From assembly GCF_965237845.1 (NCBI RefSeq), contig NZ_OZ250154.1, positions 2,391,228 to 2,455,227 of the forward strand: 64,000 nt of DNA. Reading direction: 5' to 3'. The translations under genes and the position numbers were made by a program. Under the pieces are notes generated by a model, which made no database searches, was not told the DNA's origin, and saw nothing but the letters and a program-made list of their open reading frames with translations. Shown here piece by piece: positions 1 through 8,690 of the stretch (positions are counted from its first letter, which is position 1; every line of letters starts with the position of its first letter). The stretch comes from Candidatus Spongiihabitans sp. Its GTDB lineage: Bacteria > Pseudomonadota > Gammaproteobacteria > Arenicellales > Poriferihabitantaceae.

Positions 1-1
1 G

Positions 2-397
2 CTGGCGATTGCCGATAACCCAGAAAAATTCCCCCTGTTTTCCTCGGATGAACGAATCGAATTGGCTAAAACGGTTTTAAAGAATTTGGGCGACATTGCG
101 GGTAACATTGAGGTCGTGGGATTTCCCGGCCTGCTTATAGATTTCGCCCGCAGTTGTAAGGCCGATGTCATTGTTCGAGGGTTGCGCGCAGTGTCGGATT
201 TCGAGTATGAATTTCAACTGGCATCCATGAATCGCAAACTGGACAGCGAAATCGAAACCGTGTTTTTGACGCCCTCCGAAAACCACACTTTTGTTTCAGC
301 AAGTTTAGTAAAAGAGATTGCGCGTTACGGCGGGGATGTCAGCCCGTTTGTGCATAAAGAGGTTTATCGGGCTTTGGTTGCAAAATTCCGTGCCTGA
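2..397 (+). CDS. coaD: Phosphopantetheine adenylyltransferase, 5'-truncated by the window edge
   Basis: The frame is open from nt 2. The translation ...[43 protein letters not shown]...[26 protein letters not shown] matches the conserved CoaD C-terminal two thirds. Confidence 0.9.
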   Translation: MAIADNPEKFPLFSSDERIELAKTVLKNLGDIAGNIEVVGFPGLLIDFARSCKADVIVRGLRAVSDFEYEFQLASMNRKLDSEIETVFLTPSENHTFVSASLVKEIARYGGDVSPFVHKEVYRALVAKFRA

Positions 398-442
398 ATT
401 TTCGTGATGAATTATTGACCCGCTGGAATTCAGTCAGGATAA

Positions 443-700
<258 letters not shown>

Positions 701-754
701 TCAAGAAATCAGCTTGACTTGTCATTCGACATCCAGCGCCCTGCCTAGGTAATT

Positions 755-2838
755 TTGACTGTGCATACCTTTGGCAAGCAACTCCACAACAAAGCGATCG
801 CCGCCCGCCATCGGTTTTGTATTGTTTTGAGCGGCAGCAAGCGCTGGGGAGAGAAATCCGCTTGAACGATTTGCGCTCAATATCCGCGGGATTCAATTGT
901 TCACGTCAGCAATTCCGACCAACGATTGATTGCAGATGACGCCGTTAAAACTTTGAAGATTGACCAGGCGAAACAGGCTTTAGGCAAAGAAATTGCTGCC
1001 GTTGTATATGATTGTTTCAGTGGCTTTGACCCAGATGCTGCGGGCATACTTGGCGGCGCCATAAAAGCGGGCGGGTTAATGGTTCTAATCACGCCTGAAC
1101 TCCCGCTTTGGCCTGAATTTGACGACCCGCAATTTGCCAAAATCACCGCCTACGGAAACCCAAAACCTGAATTCAGCTATTATATTAAGCGCTTAATTCG
1201 TATCATTTCTGAATCTTCAGATTGCATATTGATTCAGCAACATAAAACGCTTCCAAATCTGTCTGCTAATTACCAAACAACACCCGCTAGCCCACCTGAT
1301 TTTTCGGATCAAAACAAGGCGATCGAATCCATCAAGCATGTGGTTTATGGGCAAAGACGTCGACCAGCGATATTGCTATCGGATAGAGGAAGAGGAAAAT
1401 CCGCCGCCCTTGGCATCGCAGCAGGTCAATTGCTACAAGACAAAGCAAGGCGTATTGGCGTAACCGGCAACAGCAAACAGTCGGTTGCGAATGTATTCAA
1501 GCACGCCGCGCTCACGCATAACATTGTCGCAGATTCGTTGTGTTTTTACCCGGCGGATAAATTAATCGAGTCCAAACCTGAGATTGATTTGTTGTTGATC
1601 GATGAGGCCGCATCTATTCCATTATCAATGCTTGGGCGAATCCTGGAAATCTTTCCCAGAATCGCTTTTACCAGCACTGTTCATGGCTATGAAGGTACCG
1701 GCCGGGGTTTTATGTTGCGATTCAAAGAATTGCTCGATAGCCATTGCCGAGGAGCGGAAACCTGCATCCTGTCCACACCCATCCGTTGGGCGCAAGACGA
1801 TCCATTAGACGCATTTTTATTCGATGTATTATTACTCAATGCCGAGCCAGCTGGGATTTCGCTCCGTCACATTAATAAAAGCAAGGCCGATAACAGCAAG
1901 GTTGACACCAGTAAATTTGAGTTTAGCGTGATTGAAAAATCCGACTTGGTGGAAAATGAATCCTTGACTCGCGATGTGTTTGGCCTGCTAACCCAGGCGC
2001 ACTACCGCACCCGACCCCATGACCTTAGACACCTGCTGGATGCTGCCAATATAAGACTATTTGGAATCTGCCAACCAGGGCAACTTCAGCGGCAACTTCA
2101 ACAAAGGCAAATAATCGGGGTTGCAGTGGTTGCAATCGAGGGCGGATTTGACCATGAAACCGCAAACAAAATCTGGGCCAACCAATCGCGACCGAAGGAT
2201 CATTTGCTACCCGAGTTACTCTGTGCGCAACAAGGTCTTATCGATGCTGTGAAGTTAAAGACGGCCCGGATAATGCGAATTGTAGTGCGCCCTGAATTTC
2301 AACGGCATGGCGTTGGCAAAGGTCTGCTAACCCATATTTTCAATTTCTATAATCATGAAGTTGACCTGTTAGGGACAACATTCGGCGCAAATTTAGCGGT
2401 CTTGCAATTTTGGCTGGATAGCGAATTTATGCCGGTGCGAATTGGGCATAACCAAAGCCGCAATTCGGCAACTCACGCCTGTGCGATGATAAAACCCATT
2501 TCACCCCGCGGCAATCAATTAGCAACGCTGGCGGGAAATAAGTTTTCAGGCAACTTTCGCTACCAATTACGCGCAGTTTTTCCGAGCATCGATCCAGAAT
2601 TCGCTTTACTGAAATTACTATGCGATCGAATAGCCTGAGCCACGACGATCAACAGGAGATATTGACGGTTGAACGGATCTTGCTTGGCAAATCATGGAAA
2701 AATTGCACCGCCTTATCAAATCCCAAAGGTAAAAAACAAGGCGTTGCTGAACTAAGGAAAATTGTCGGCGCAATTCTTATAAAATTATACCCAAAACAAA
2801 TCAAACTCATACTGAAACAGTTCGGCCTTAAACCTTGA
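755..2838 (+). pseudogene. tmcA: tRNA(Met) cytidine acetyltransferase TmcA, interrupted by an in-frame TGA (863-865) and probably frameshifted near 2542-2638
   Basis: The body carries a Walker A motif (RGRGKSAALG), HGYEGTGRGF and a GNAT domain (RIVVRPEFQRHGVGKGLL). The same frame upstream of nt 926 is open back to nt 749 and reads (L/V)..HTFGKQLHNKAIAARHRFCIVLSGSKRWGEKSA*TICAQ, which resembles the TmcA N-terminus. ORF 2620-2838 (LSHDDQQEILTVERILLGKSW...GKKQGVAELRKIV) looks like the TmcA C-terminal tail in another frame. Confidence 0.7.
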
Positions 2839-2898
2839 ACTTTGAAACTGCTGCCAGTCGATCATATTTTGTAGGAGCACCCTTGTGGATACACTATC

Positions 2899-4008
2899 TT
2901 ACAAAAATAATAGTGATGATAATGCTGCAATAAAAACCCGGTTTTCCTGCTCTAATCCAATGGTCACACGGAGACAATTTTCAAGTGGCGAAGAGGGATT
3001 ATGCAAGTTTCTAATTAATACTCCTTTCTCCCTTAATCCGTTGAAGACCTCGTCGGCGCTACGCTCCACCCGGAACAAAAGAAAATTTGCCTCGCTGGGA
3101 AAGACTTCAATGCCGGAAATCTTGCTCATCTCCTGGAAAACCCAGCTCCGGTCTTTTCTTATTTGCCCGGCTTGTTGTTGCAGAATGTCGTGGTGTTGCA
3201 AATAAAATTGTGCGCTGGCCTGGCTCAAAATATTGTTGTTGTACGGCAATCGCAATTTCTCCATTTGCTCGATCCACTCAGGATTCCCTAGCATCAAGCC
3301 CAGGCGCAATCCTGCGAGCCCGCTTTTTGACATGGTTCTCAACACGATTAGATTTGGATGAGCAGCAATTTCGTTTATAAATGATTTTTGGCAAAATGCG
3401 AAATAGGCTTCATCAACCACAACCAAGCCCGGTGCGCTGTTTATAACTTGCTTGATGGTGGTCGGGTCAAAGCAATTGCCTATGGGGTTGTTCGGATAGG
3501 CGAAAAAAATACAAGCCGGACTGAATTCCTCCATTGCCTCAAACAAATTTTCAGCCTTGATTGAAAAATCAGCAGTTAACGGTATCCCTGCAAATTGTGT
3601 TGCCGTGGCCACGCTAATCTGTTGGTACATGGAGAATGTGGGCACCGGCGCGAGAAAAGTTCTGCCTACGCCGCCAACCAGCATTGCGATGATCTGAATC
3701 AGTTCATCGGAGCCGTTGCCTAACATCAACCCACATTCATCAGGGATGGAAAAACAACTACGAATCAACGCTTTCAACTCAGTGCTATCCGGATCAGGAT
3801 AGCGGTTAACCGAAACGCCGCCTAAAACCGATAACCATTCCTGTTTAAGCGTAGCGGGCAGCGTATATGGGTTTTCCATTGCATCCAGCTTTATCAACCC
3901 GGTTGAAGACGGCACCCGGTACGCCTTCATGGCGCGCACCTCAGCGGTTACCCATTTATCGATGGATGCTTTTGCGTTGTTGTTTGAATCAGGCATCAGG
4001 CTTCGCAT
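2899..4008 (-). CDS. hisC: Histidinol-phosphate aminotransferase
   Basis: 369 aa, class II aminotransferase. It has LDAMENPY, NGSDELIQ, YPNNPIGN and the PLP-lysine region RTMSKSGLAGLRLG. It overlaps hisD by 20 nt. Confidence 0.9.
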   Translation of the reverse strand: MRSLMPDSNNNAKASIDKWVTAEVRAMKAYRVPSSTGLIKLDAMENPYTLPATLKQEWLSVLGGVSVNRYPDPDSTELKALIRSCFSIPDECGLMLGNGSDELIQIIAMLVGGVGRTFLAPVPTFSMYQQISVATATQFAGIPLTADFSIKAENLFEAMEEFSPACIFFAYPNNPIGNCFDPTTIKQVINSAPGLVVVDEAYFAFCQKSFINEIAAHPNLIVLRTMSKSGLAGLRLGLMLGNPEWIEQMEKLRLPYNNNILSQASAQFYLQHHDILQQQAGQIRKDRSWVFQEMSKISGIEVFPSEANFLLFRVERSADEVFNGLREKGVLIRNLHNPSSPLENCLRVTIGLEQENRVFIAALSSLLFL

Positions 4009-5326
4009 TCCGGGTCAGGCGATATTGTGCTGCTCGCCGATGCGCGGTCAATCCTTCGCAATTGGCAAGAACCGCAGCGATTTTCGCCATCTCGTCCGCG
4101 CCTTCCATTGACGCTTGTATTATGCTGCTTCTCTTTTGAAAGTCATACACGCCCAATGGTGAACTAAACCTCGCCGTCCCTGCTGTGGGTAATACATGGC
4201 TCGGCCCCGCACAATAGTCCCCCAACGCCTCCGCGCTATATTTTCCAACGAAAATAGCGCCTGCATGGCGCACTTGTCCTAGCAGTGCTTGTGCATCTTT
4301 CACCATCAGTTGTAAATGTTCCGGGGCAATGCGATTAGCAATCTCCGCCGCCTGGTTTAACGCATCAACCAAAATAAGCGCGCCTTGCGTGTTCAGGGAT
4401 TTTTCAATGATTTTCCTGCGTTCCATTTCGGGCAACAGTTGCCTGACCGATGCTTGTATTTTCCCGGCCATCGATTGCGATGTTGTGATTACCATAGATT
4501 GCGCCAGCTCATCGTGTTCGGCCTGAGCAAACAAATCCATCGCCACCCAATCCGGGTCAGCGGTTTCATCACAAATAATCAGCACTTCCGAAGGGCCGGC
4601 AATCATATCAATGCCCACATCGCCGAATACCATTTTCTTGGCGGTGGCGACATAGATATTTCCGGGGCCGACGATTTTATCGACTCTGGGAATGGTTTCC
4701 GTTCCATAAGCCAAGGCAGCAACCGCTTGCGCTCCGCCTATGGTGAATATTCGATCAACCCCGGCAATCGATGCTGCGGCAATAACCGCAGAGTTAACCT
4801 CTGCGTTTGGAGTTGGAACAGTCATGATGATTTCCCCAACGCCTGCGACTTTAGCGGGAATGGCGGTCATCAACACCGAAGAAGGATAAGCCGCCTTTCC
4901 GCCAGGAACATAGACGCCGACTTTATCCACGGCGGTGATATTTTGCCCGAGCCGAGTGCCGTTTGATTCGGTATAGCACCATGACTGCTGCACTTCTTTT
5001 TGGTGAAATTCCCGAATACGCATCGCCGCTGCCTGCAGTGCTTCGGTTAATTCATCATCAACGTTTGCGATGTGCGCGTCTATTGCGGCAACGGGCAATT
5101 CCAGTTGAGATGCCTGTGCCACATCTAAATTATCTAATTTACGGGTATAGTCGATAACCGCATTGTCGCCCTGGGCGCGCACTGTTGCGATAATCGTCTT
5201 GACGCTGCTTTCCACGGAGTCATCTCCACCAGAATCAACCTCAAGGTTGCGGGCCAATAATTTTTCCAGTTCGGCTTCGAAATTTTTGTCAGCGAATTGG
5301 AGTTCTAATAACATGGCGGAAATCAA
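3989..5326 (-). CDS. hisD: Histidinol dehydrogenase
   Basis: 445 aa with GGKAAYPSSVLM, IAGPSEVLII, AQAEHD and GDYCAGPSHVLPT motifs. Confidence 0.95.
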   Translation of the reverse strand: MISAMLLELQFADKNFEAELEKLLARNLEVDSGGDDSVESSVKTIIATVRAQGDNAVIDYTRKLDNLDVAQASQLELPVAAIDAHIANVDDELTEALQAAAMRIREFHQKEVQQSWCYTESNGTRLGQNITAVDKVGVYVPGGKAAYPSSVLMTAIPAKVAGVGEIIMTVPTPNAEVNSAVIAAASIAGVDRIFTIGGAQAVAALAYGTETIPRVDKIVGPGNIYVATAKKMVFGDVGIDMIAGPSEVLIICDETADPDWVAMDLFAQAEHDELAQSMVITTSQSMAGKIQASVRQLLPEMERRKIIEKSLNTQGALILVDALNQAAEIANRIAPEHLQLMVKDAQALLGQVRHAGAIFVGKYSAEALGDYCAGPSHVLPTAGTARFSSPLGVYDFQKRSSIIQASMEGADEMAKIAAVLANCEGLTAHRRAAQYRLTRNAKPDA

Positions 5327-5355
5327 TCAGGCCGTATTTTGATTTATGTTTCGAT

Positions 5356-5553
5356 TCATGTAATACGTCTGCACTCGACGAATGTTTGCACCGATTTGCG
5401 ACACACCGGGGACGTATCCCTACCCCTCGGTCTAGAGGGGATGGACCGTAAGTATTCGCAACTCATTTCAAAACACTCGCCGTCAGTGAACGACACCATC
5501 AGAGTTCGGGTCTTGCGATTGAGATTGATTTCGGTGGGAGTGTGTTGGCTCAT
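5356..5553 (-). pseudogene. DUF971-family gene remnant; only about 36 N-terminal residues are intact
   Basis: MSQHTPTEINLNRKTRTLMVSFTDGECFEMSCEYLR resembles the DUF971 N-terminus. The expected VHSPSAEV.GHG continuation is visible only in another frame, broken by stops (VHPL*TEG*GYVPG). Confidence 0.5.
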
Positions 5554-5561
5554 GTTTTCTT

Positions 5562-5980
5562 TTATGTCTTTTTCACCAGTTTTCCAAGTTGATTCATTTT
5601 TCTGTTAAGAAGTCGCCGCTCTTTTAGCTGACACTCCCATATTCGCATTACTTTCCATCCTCTGTTTTTAACTGTGCTGGTTACCAATCTGTCACGTTTC
5701 TTGTTGGCATCTATCTTTCGAATCCAAACTCTCTGTTGCTTTCTGGAACCTCTCCATGTTTCGGACAACCATGCCAGAAACACCCGTCAATAAAAACCGC
5801 AATTTTGCTATTTGGAAATGCAATGTCTGGATTTCCAAAAAACGGATACCTACGCCGCCATCCCGTTAGGTGGTTCTGTTTCAACACTTCAATAAGTTTG
5901 CCTTCGGTTGATTTGTTTCCGGAGGACCAGACACGACTCATAAGCCATGAGCGTTTCTGTTGTGAAAAGACATCACCCAT
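5562..5980 (-). pseudogene. vsr: Very-short-patch repair endonuclease Vsr, split by a 1-nt deletion in an A/T run
   Basis: ORF 5711-5980 carries GNPDIAFPNSKIAVFIDGCFWHGCPKHGEVPESNREF. ORF 5562-5783 continues WIRKIDANKKRDRLVTSTVKNRGWKVMRIWECQL. The frames rejoin if ccaaactc (5724-5731) were ccaaaactc. Confidence 0.8.
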
Positions 5981-7637
5981 TCTTTTTTACATTATCCAAT
6001 CTATACAACAAAAATGAAACCAAACTTAGGATATTGAGACAATCATTTTCAATAAAAAGTTTGTTTAATATTTCTCTAGTTTCTTGAGATTCAGGATTCC
6101 TAAATGCCTGCATCAAACCAACTGAAAGAGATCTTTGACCATGTTGTATATTAATTTCTGTTTCACTGGAAAGTTTAGAGACTTGAAGTTTCGGATAGTT
6201 AGTGATTTCTATTTTTCCTTTTTTCTTTTCATATTTGAAATTAAAAGCCTGATTCATCAAATCTACACCTGACAATTGAAGATTGAGTTCCCTTTTCACT
6301 TTATTGTCGTAAACAACAGTTCCTTCTCTTGCCGCTTCTAAATATTTGCCACTTTTGTAGTCCTCATATAGCCTTTCCTTAATAAGTGGATGCAAGTTTC
6401 TCCAATGATAATAAGGATAAGGGGGTATAAGTTCTTTAAGTTCGGTGAATAATTCAACAGACTTGTCAGATTCTACTTCGGGAAGATCTTCAATAAGTTT
6501 TTTAATAAAAATCTCAAAGTTATTTTTCATATTCTCTGGCATGGATTTTTTCCAATCTTCTATGCCAACAGCACCAAGATTCTGGCTGACCTTTGCAAAT
6601 TTTTCATCTTTACGTTTTTTACGCCAATCCACTTGCACAAACTGAACGCACTGCCCAAGATACTTATGAAGTTCACTCATTTGTAAATGTCCCCAGTTAA
6701 GATTCTGTCTATTGGTGGAAATCACATCCTCAAGAAAATCCTCTATAAAGTCCACTTTTAACCATCCTGTCATATACGAAAAGAAGTGGCTGGATGTGCT
6801 ATCAGCAAATTGATAGGGGGTTTGTACAAGCTTGCCTCGGGCAAACAAAGAAATACCTCTCGAATCAAATCTTGGTGCAATGGGTTTTTCGGGTGTAATA
6901 ATTTTGCCCTGAATTTTGGCAACATGTTCATAATCTGATTCTATATCAGTAAAATCGTCTGGAAAATCCCAAGAAAATTCCTCGCCAAATGCGGAAAAGC
7001 GCATATCATTCGATAACGTTACCGCTTCCCCATCGTTACGACGTATGGTGACGGCAAAATCTTCTTCAAAAATAAAAAATCTCGCTATGCTACTAGCAAG
7101 CAATTCTTCCGAAAAATCAGATGCTCGATTTATATTTGTCAGTGTTATTTTAGTTCCTATGTCATCTCCTTCAACAATTTCATCGACCACTTCCGGGGTC
7201 ATTAGATATTTTCCTTCCGAGGAATTCATTAAATCATTCCAATCCATCGTAAAAATATTTCGCTTCTTTTGCTTAACAGTGTTTATGGTAATTGTCTGAA
7301 CAATCCCAAAAAATGAGAGCTTTCCCAAACCCTTTTTACCAATAACCTCCCGACCTCTATGAGTTATACCCTCTCCATCTTTTCTGCGATTGCGGCCAAT
7401 AATAAGAAATTTGTTATCAATATCATTAAATGACATACCCATACCGTTATCTTTTACAATAATTCTTTTCTCTCCAACATCATGTAACTCCACTTCCACT
7501 CTTGTTGCGTCCGCATCGTATGAATTAGATATTAACTCACTCAAAACCGGCGGCAGGGTTGAATACATCCGAATCCCAAGATGTTCTATAACCTTCGGGT
7601 CAAATGTCATCGTTAATTGTTTGTCGTTTTGAGACAT
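5973..7637 (-). CDS. GHKL (Bergerat-fold, MORC-like) ATPase with a C-terminal Hypoth_Ymh/TIGR02391-like domain
   Basis: N-box ELISNSYDADA, G1 box VKDNGMGM and G2 box GKKGLGKLSFFG. The C-terminus reads YKSGKYLEAAREGTVVYDNKV...GVDLMNQAF...LSVGLMQAFRNPESQ...NILSLVSFLLYRLD. It starts 9 nt after dcm and overlaps vsr by 8 nt. Confidence 0.7.
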   Translation of the reverse strand: MSQNDKQLTMTFDPKVIEHLGIRMYSTLPPVLSELISNSYDADATRVEVELHDVGEKRIIVKDNGMGMSFNDIDNKFLIIGRNRRKDGEGITHRGREVIGKKGLGKLSFFGIVQTITINTVKQKKRNIFTMDWNDLMNSSEGKYLMTPEVVDEIVEGDDIGTKITLTNINRASDFSEELLASSIARFFIFEEDFAVTIRRNDGEAVTLSNDMRFSAFGEEFSWDFPDDFTDIESDYEHVAKIQGKIITPEKPIAPRFDSRGISLFARGKLVQTPYQFADSTSSHFFSYMTGWLKVDFIEDFLEDVISTNRQNLNWGHLQMSELHKYLGQCVQFVQVDWRKKRKDEKFAKVSQNLGAVGIEDWKKSMPENMKNNFEIFIKKLIEDLPEVESDKSVELFTELKELIPPYPYYHWRNLHPLIKERLYEDYKSGKYLEAAREGTVVYDNKVKRELNLQLSGVDLMNQAFNFKYEKKKGKIEITNYPKLQVSKLSSETEINIQHGQRSLSVGLMQAFRNPESQETREILNKLFIENDCLNILSLVSFLLYRLDNVKKNG

Positions 7638-7646
7638 AGAATTGTT

Positions 7647-8690
7647 TCATACTGCACAAATGGACTGTGCTATTCTGTAAGCGAGTTGCGGTGGTACGGC
7701 ATTGCCTATTAGTTTGGAGGCGGCTGTTGAGCTTTCACACACAAAAATATAGTCTTTTTCGAATGTCTGTAATGTCGCGCCCTCTCTTAGAGACAATCCT
7801 CTATCCTCTTCCGGGTGGGTAAAACGGCCGTTGGAAATCCCGTTGAATCTTGTTGTAATGGTCGAAGAAGGTTTATTCCATCTCAACCTTCCGTAAACAT
7901 CTCTAAAAGAATCATCTTTGCCTTTGTAAGCCTTCAGTTGAAGTTCGGGGTCGTCTTTCCATGCCTTTCTCGTTCCGCCATTTTTGGGGGTCAGTTTAAC
8001 GCGTCTCAGATTTTTTTCGGATAAAGATGCAACTGTATCCATGAAATCAGTATCATCTATATGCCCGGCTCGAAGGGCGGGAAAACCATTATGGGTTCCG
8101 ATAAATTCTGCCAGAATCGATTCTTTTTCGGGTTTGGGAAAATTGATCGATTCGTTCATCCTGGAAGCAATCAAAACAAATCTCTTCCTGCTCTGAGGTA
8201 CCCCATAATCCTTGGCGTTCAAAATATTTTCGGTAATCACATGTCCTTTTTCTTTAAGTTTTTCGCAAAAATTATCAAGTCCGCTTTCCGCTTCTTTTCT
8301 TTTCATTCCGGGAACATTTTCTATAATAACATAGCCCGGATTATAGTAATAGACAAAGCGCCAAAAATCTTGAAGTAGCCCCTTGCTTCCTTCAGATGAT
8401 CTTCTATTGGTATTCAAAACGCTCCAATACTGGCAGGGACTACATCCTATAAAAACTAAAGAATCATCATTGCGTTTAACCCCGCACTTTTTTTCCAGAA
8501 ACGTACGGGGAAGTTTCTTTATATCTTTCAGAAAAAATCTAGTCTCAGGATGATTTTTCTCATATGTCTCCTTGCAATCTTCATCTATATCTATACCCGC
8601 AACAACTTTCACCCCGGCCATCTTCATGCCCTGCGTCATTCCGCCCGCACCGCAGAAAAAATCGACGGCTTTCAACAACTTGGCTGTCAT
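7647..8690 (-). CDS. dcm: DNA (cytosine-5)-methyltransferase
   Basis: Motif I FCGAGGMTQG, motif IV GCSPCQYWS, motif VI ENVPGM, motif VIII QSRKRFVLIA and motif X GNAVPPQLA. Confidence 0.93.
   Translation of the reverse strand: MTAKLLKAVDFFCGAGGMTQGMKMAGVKVVAGIDIDEDCKETYEKNHPETRFFLKDIKKLPRTFLEKKCGVKRNDDSLVFIGCSPCQYWSVLNTNRRSSEGSKGLLQDFWRFVYYYNPGYVIIENVPGMKRKEAESGLDNFCEKLKEKGHVITENILNAKDYGVPQSRKRFVLIASRMNESINFPKPEKESILAEFIGTHNGFPALRAGHIDDTDFMDTVASLSEKNLRRVKLTPKNGGTRKAWKDDPELQLKAYKGKDDSFRDVYGRLRWNKPSSTITTRFNGISNGRFTHPEEDRGLSLREGATLQTFEKDYIFVCESSTAASKLIGNAVPPQLAYRIAQSICAV

Noticed and set aside
863-865. The TGA in tmcA as selenocysteine or tryptophan recoding, or an alternative genetic code.
   Set aside because: TGA is used as a normal terminator nearby (for example coaD at 395-397 and the Rieske gene). 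No SECIS-like hairpin is evident downstream, and TmcA is not a known selenoprotein.
2620-2838. 72-aa ORF as an independent small gene.
   Set aside because: It overlaps the tmcA end and reads like the TmcA C-terminal tail in a shifted frame. It is treated as part of the tmcA pseudogene.
4385-4966. Long plus-strand ORFs lying antisense to well-supported genes: 4385-4966, 12038-12580, 25724-26170, 32915-33463, 34114-34656, 51314-51829, 54200-54835 and 59181-59696, plus the minus-strand ORF 24391-24936 opposite coaE.
   Set aside because: Each lies wholly inside a gene on the opposite strand with unmistakable family motifs (hisD, murA, argJ, ftsZ, ftsA, crp, frmA, the soxYZ-like gene, coaE). Their translations are low-complexity with no motifs. 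They are typical shadow ORFs.
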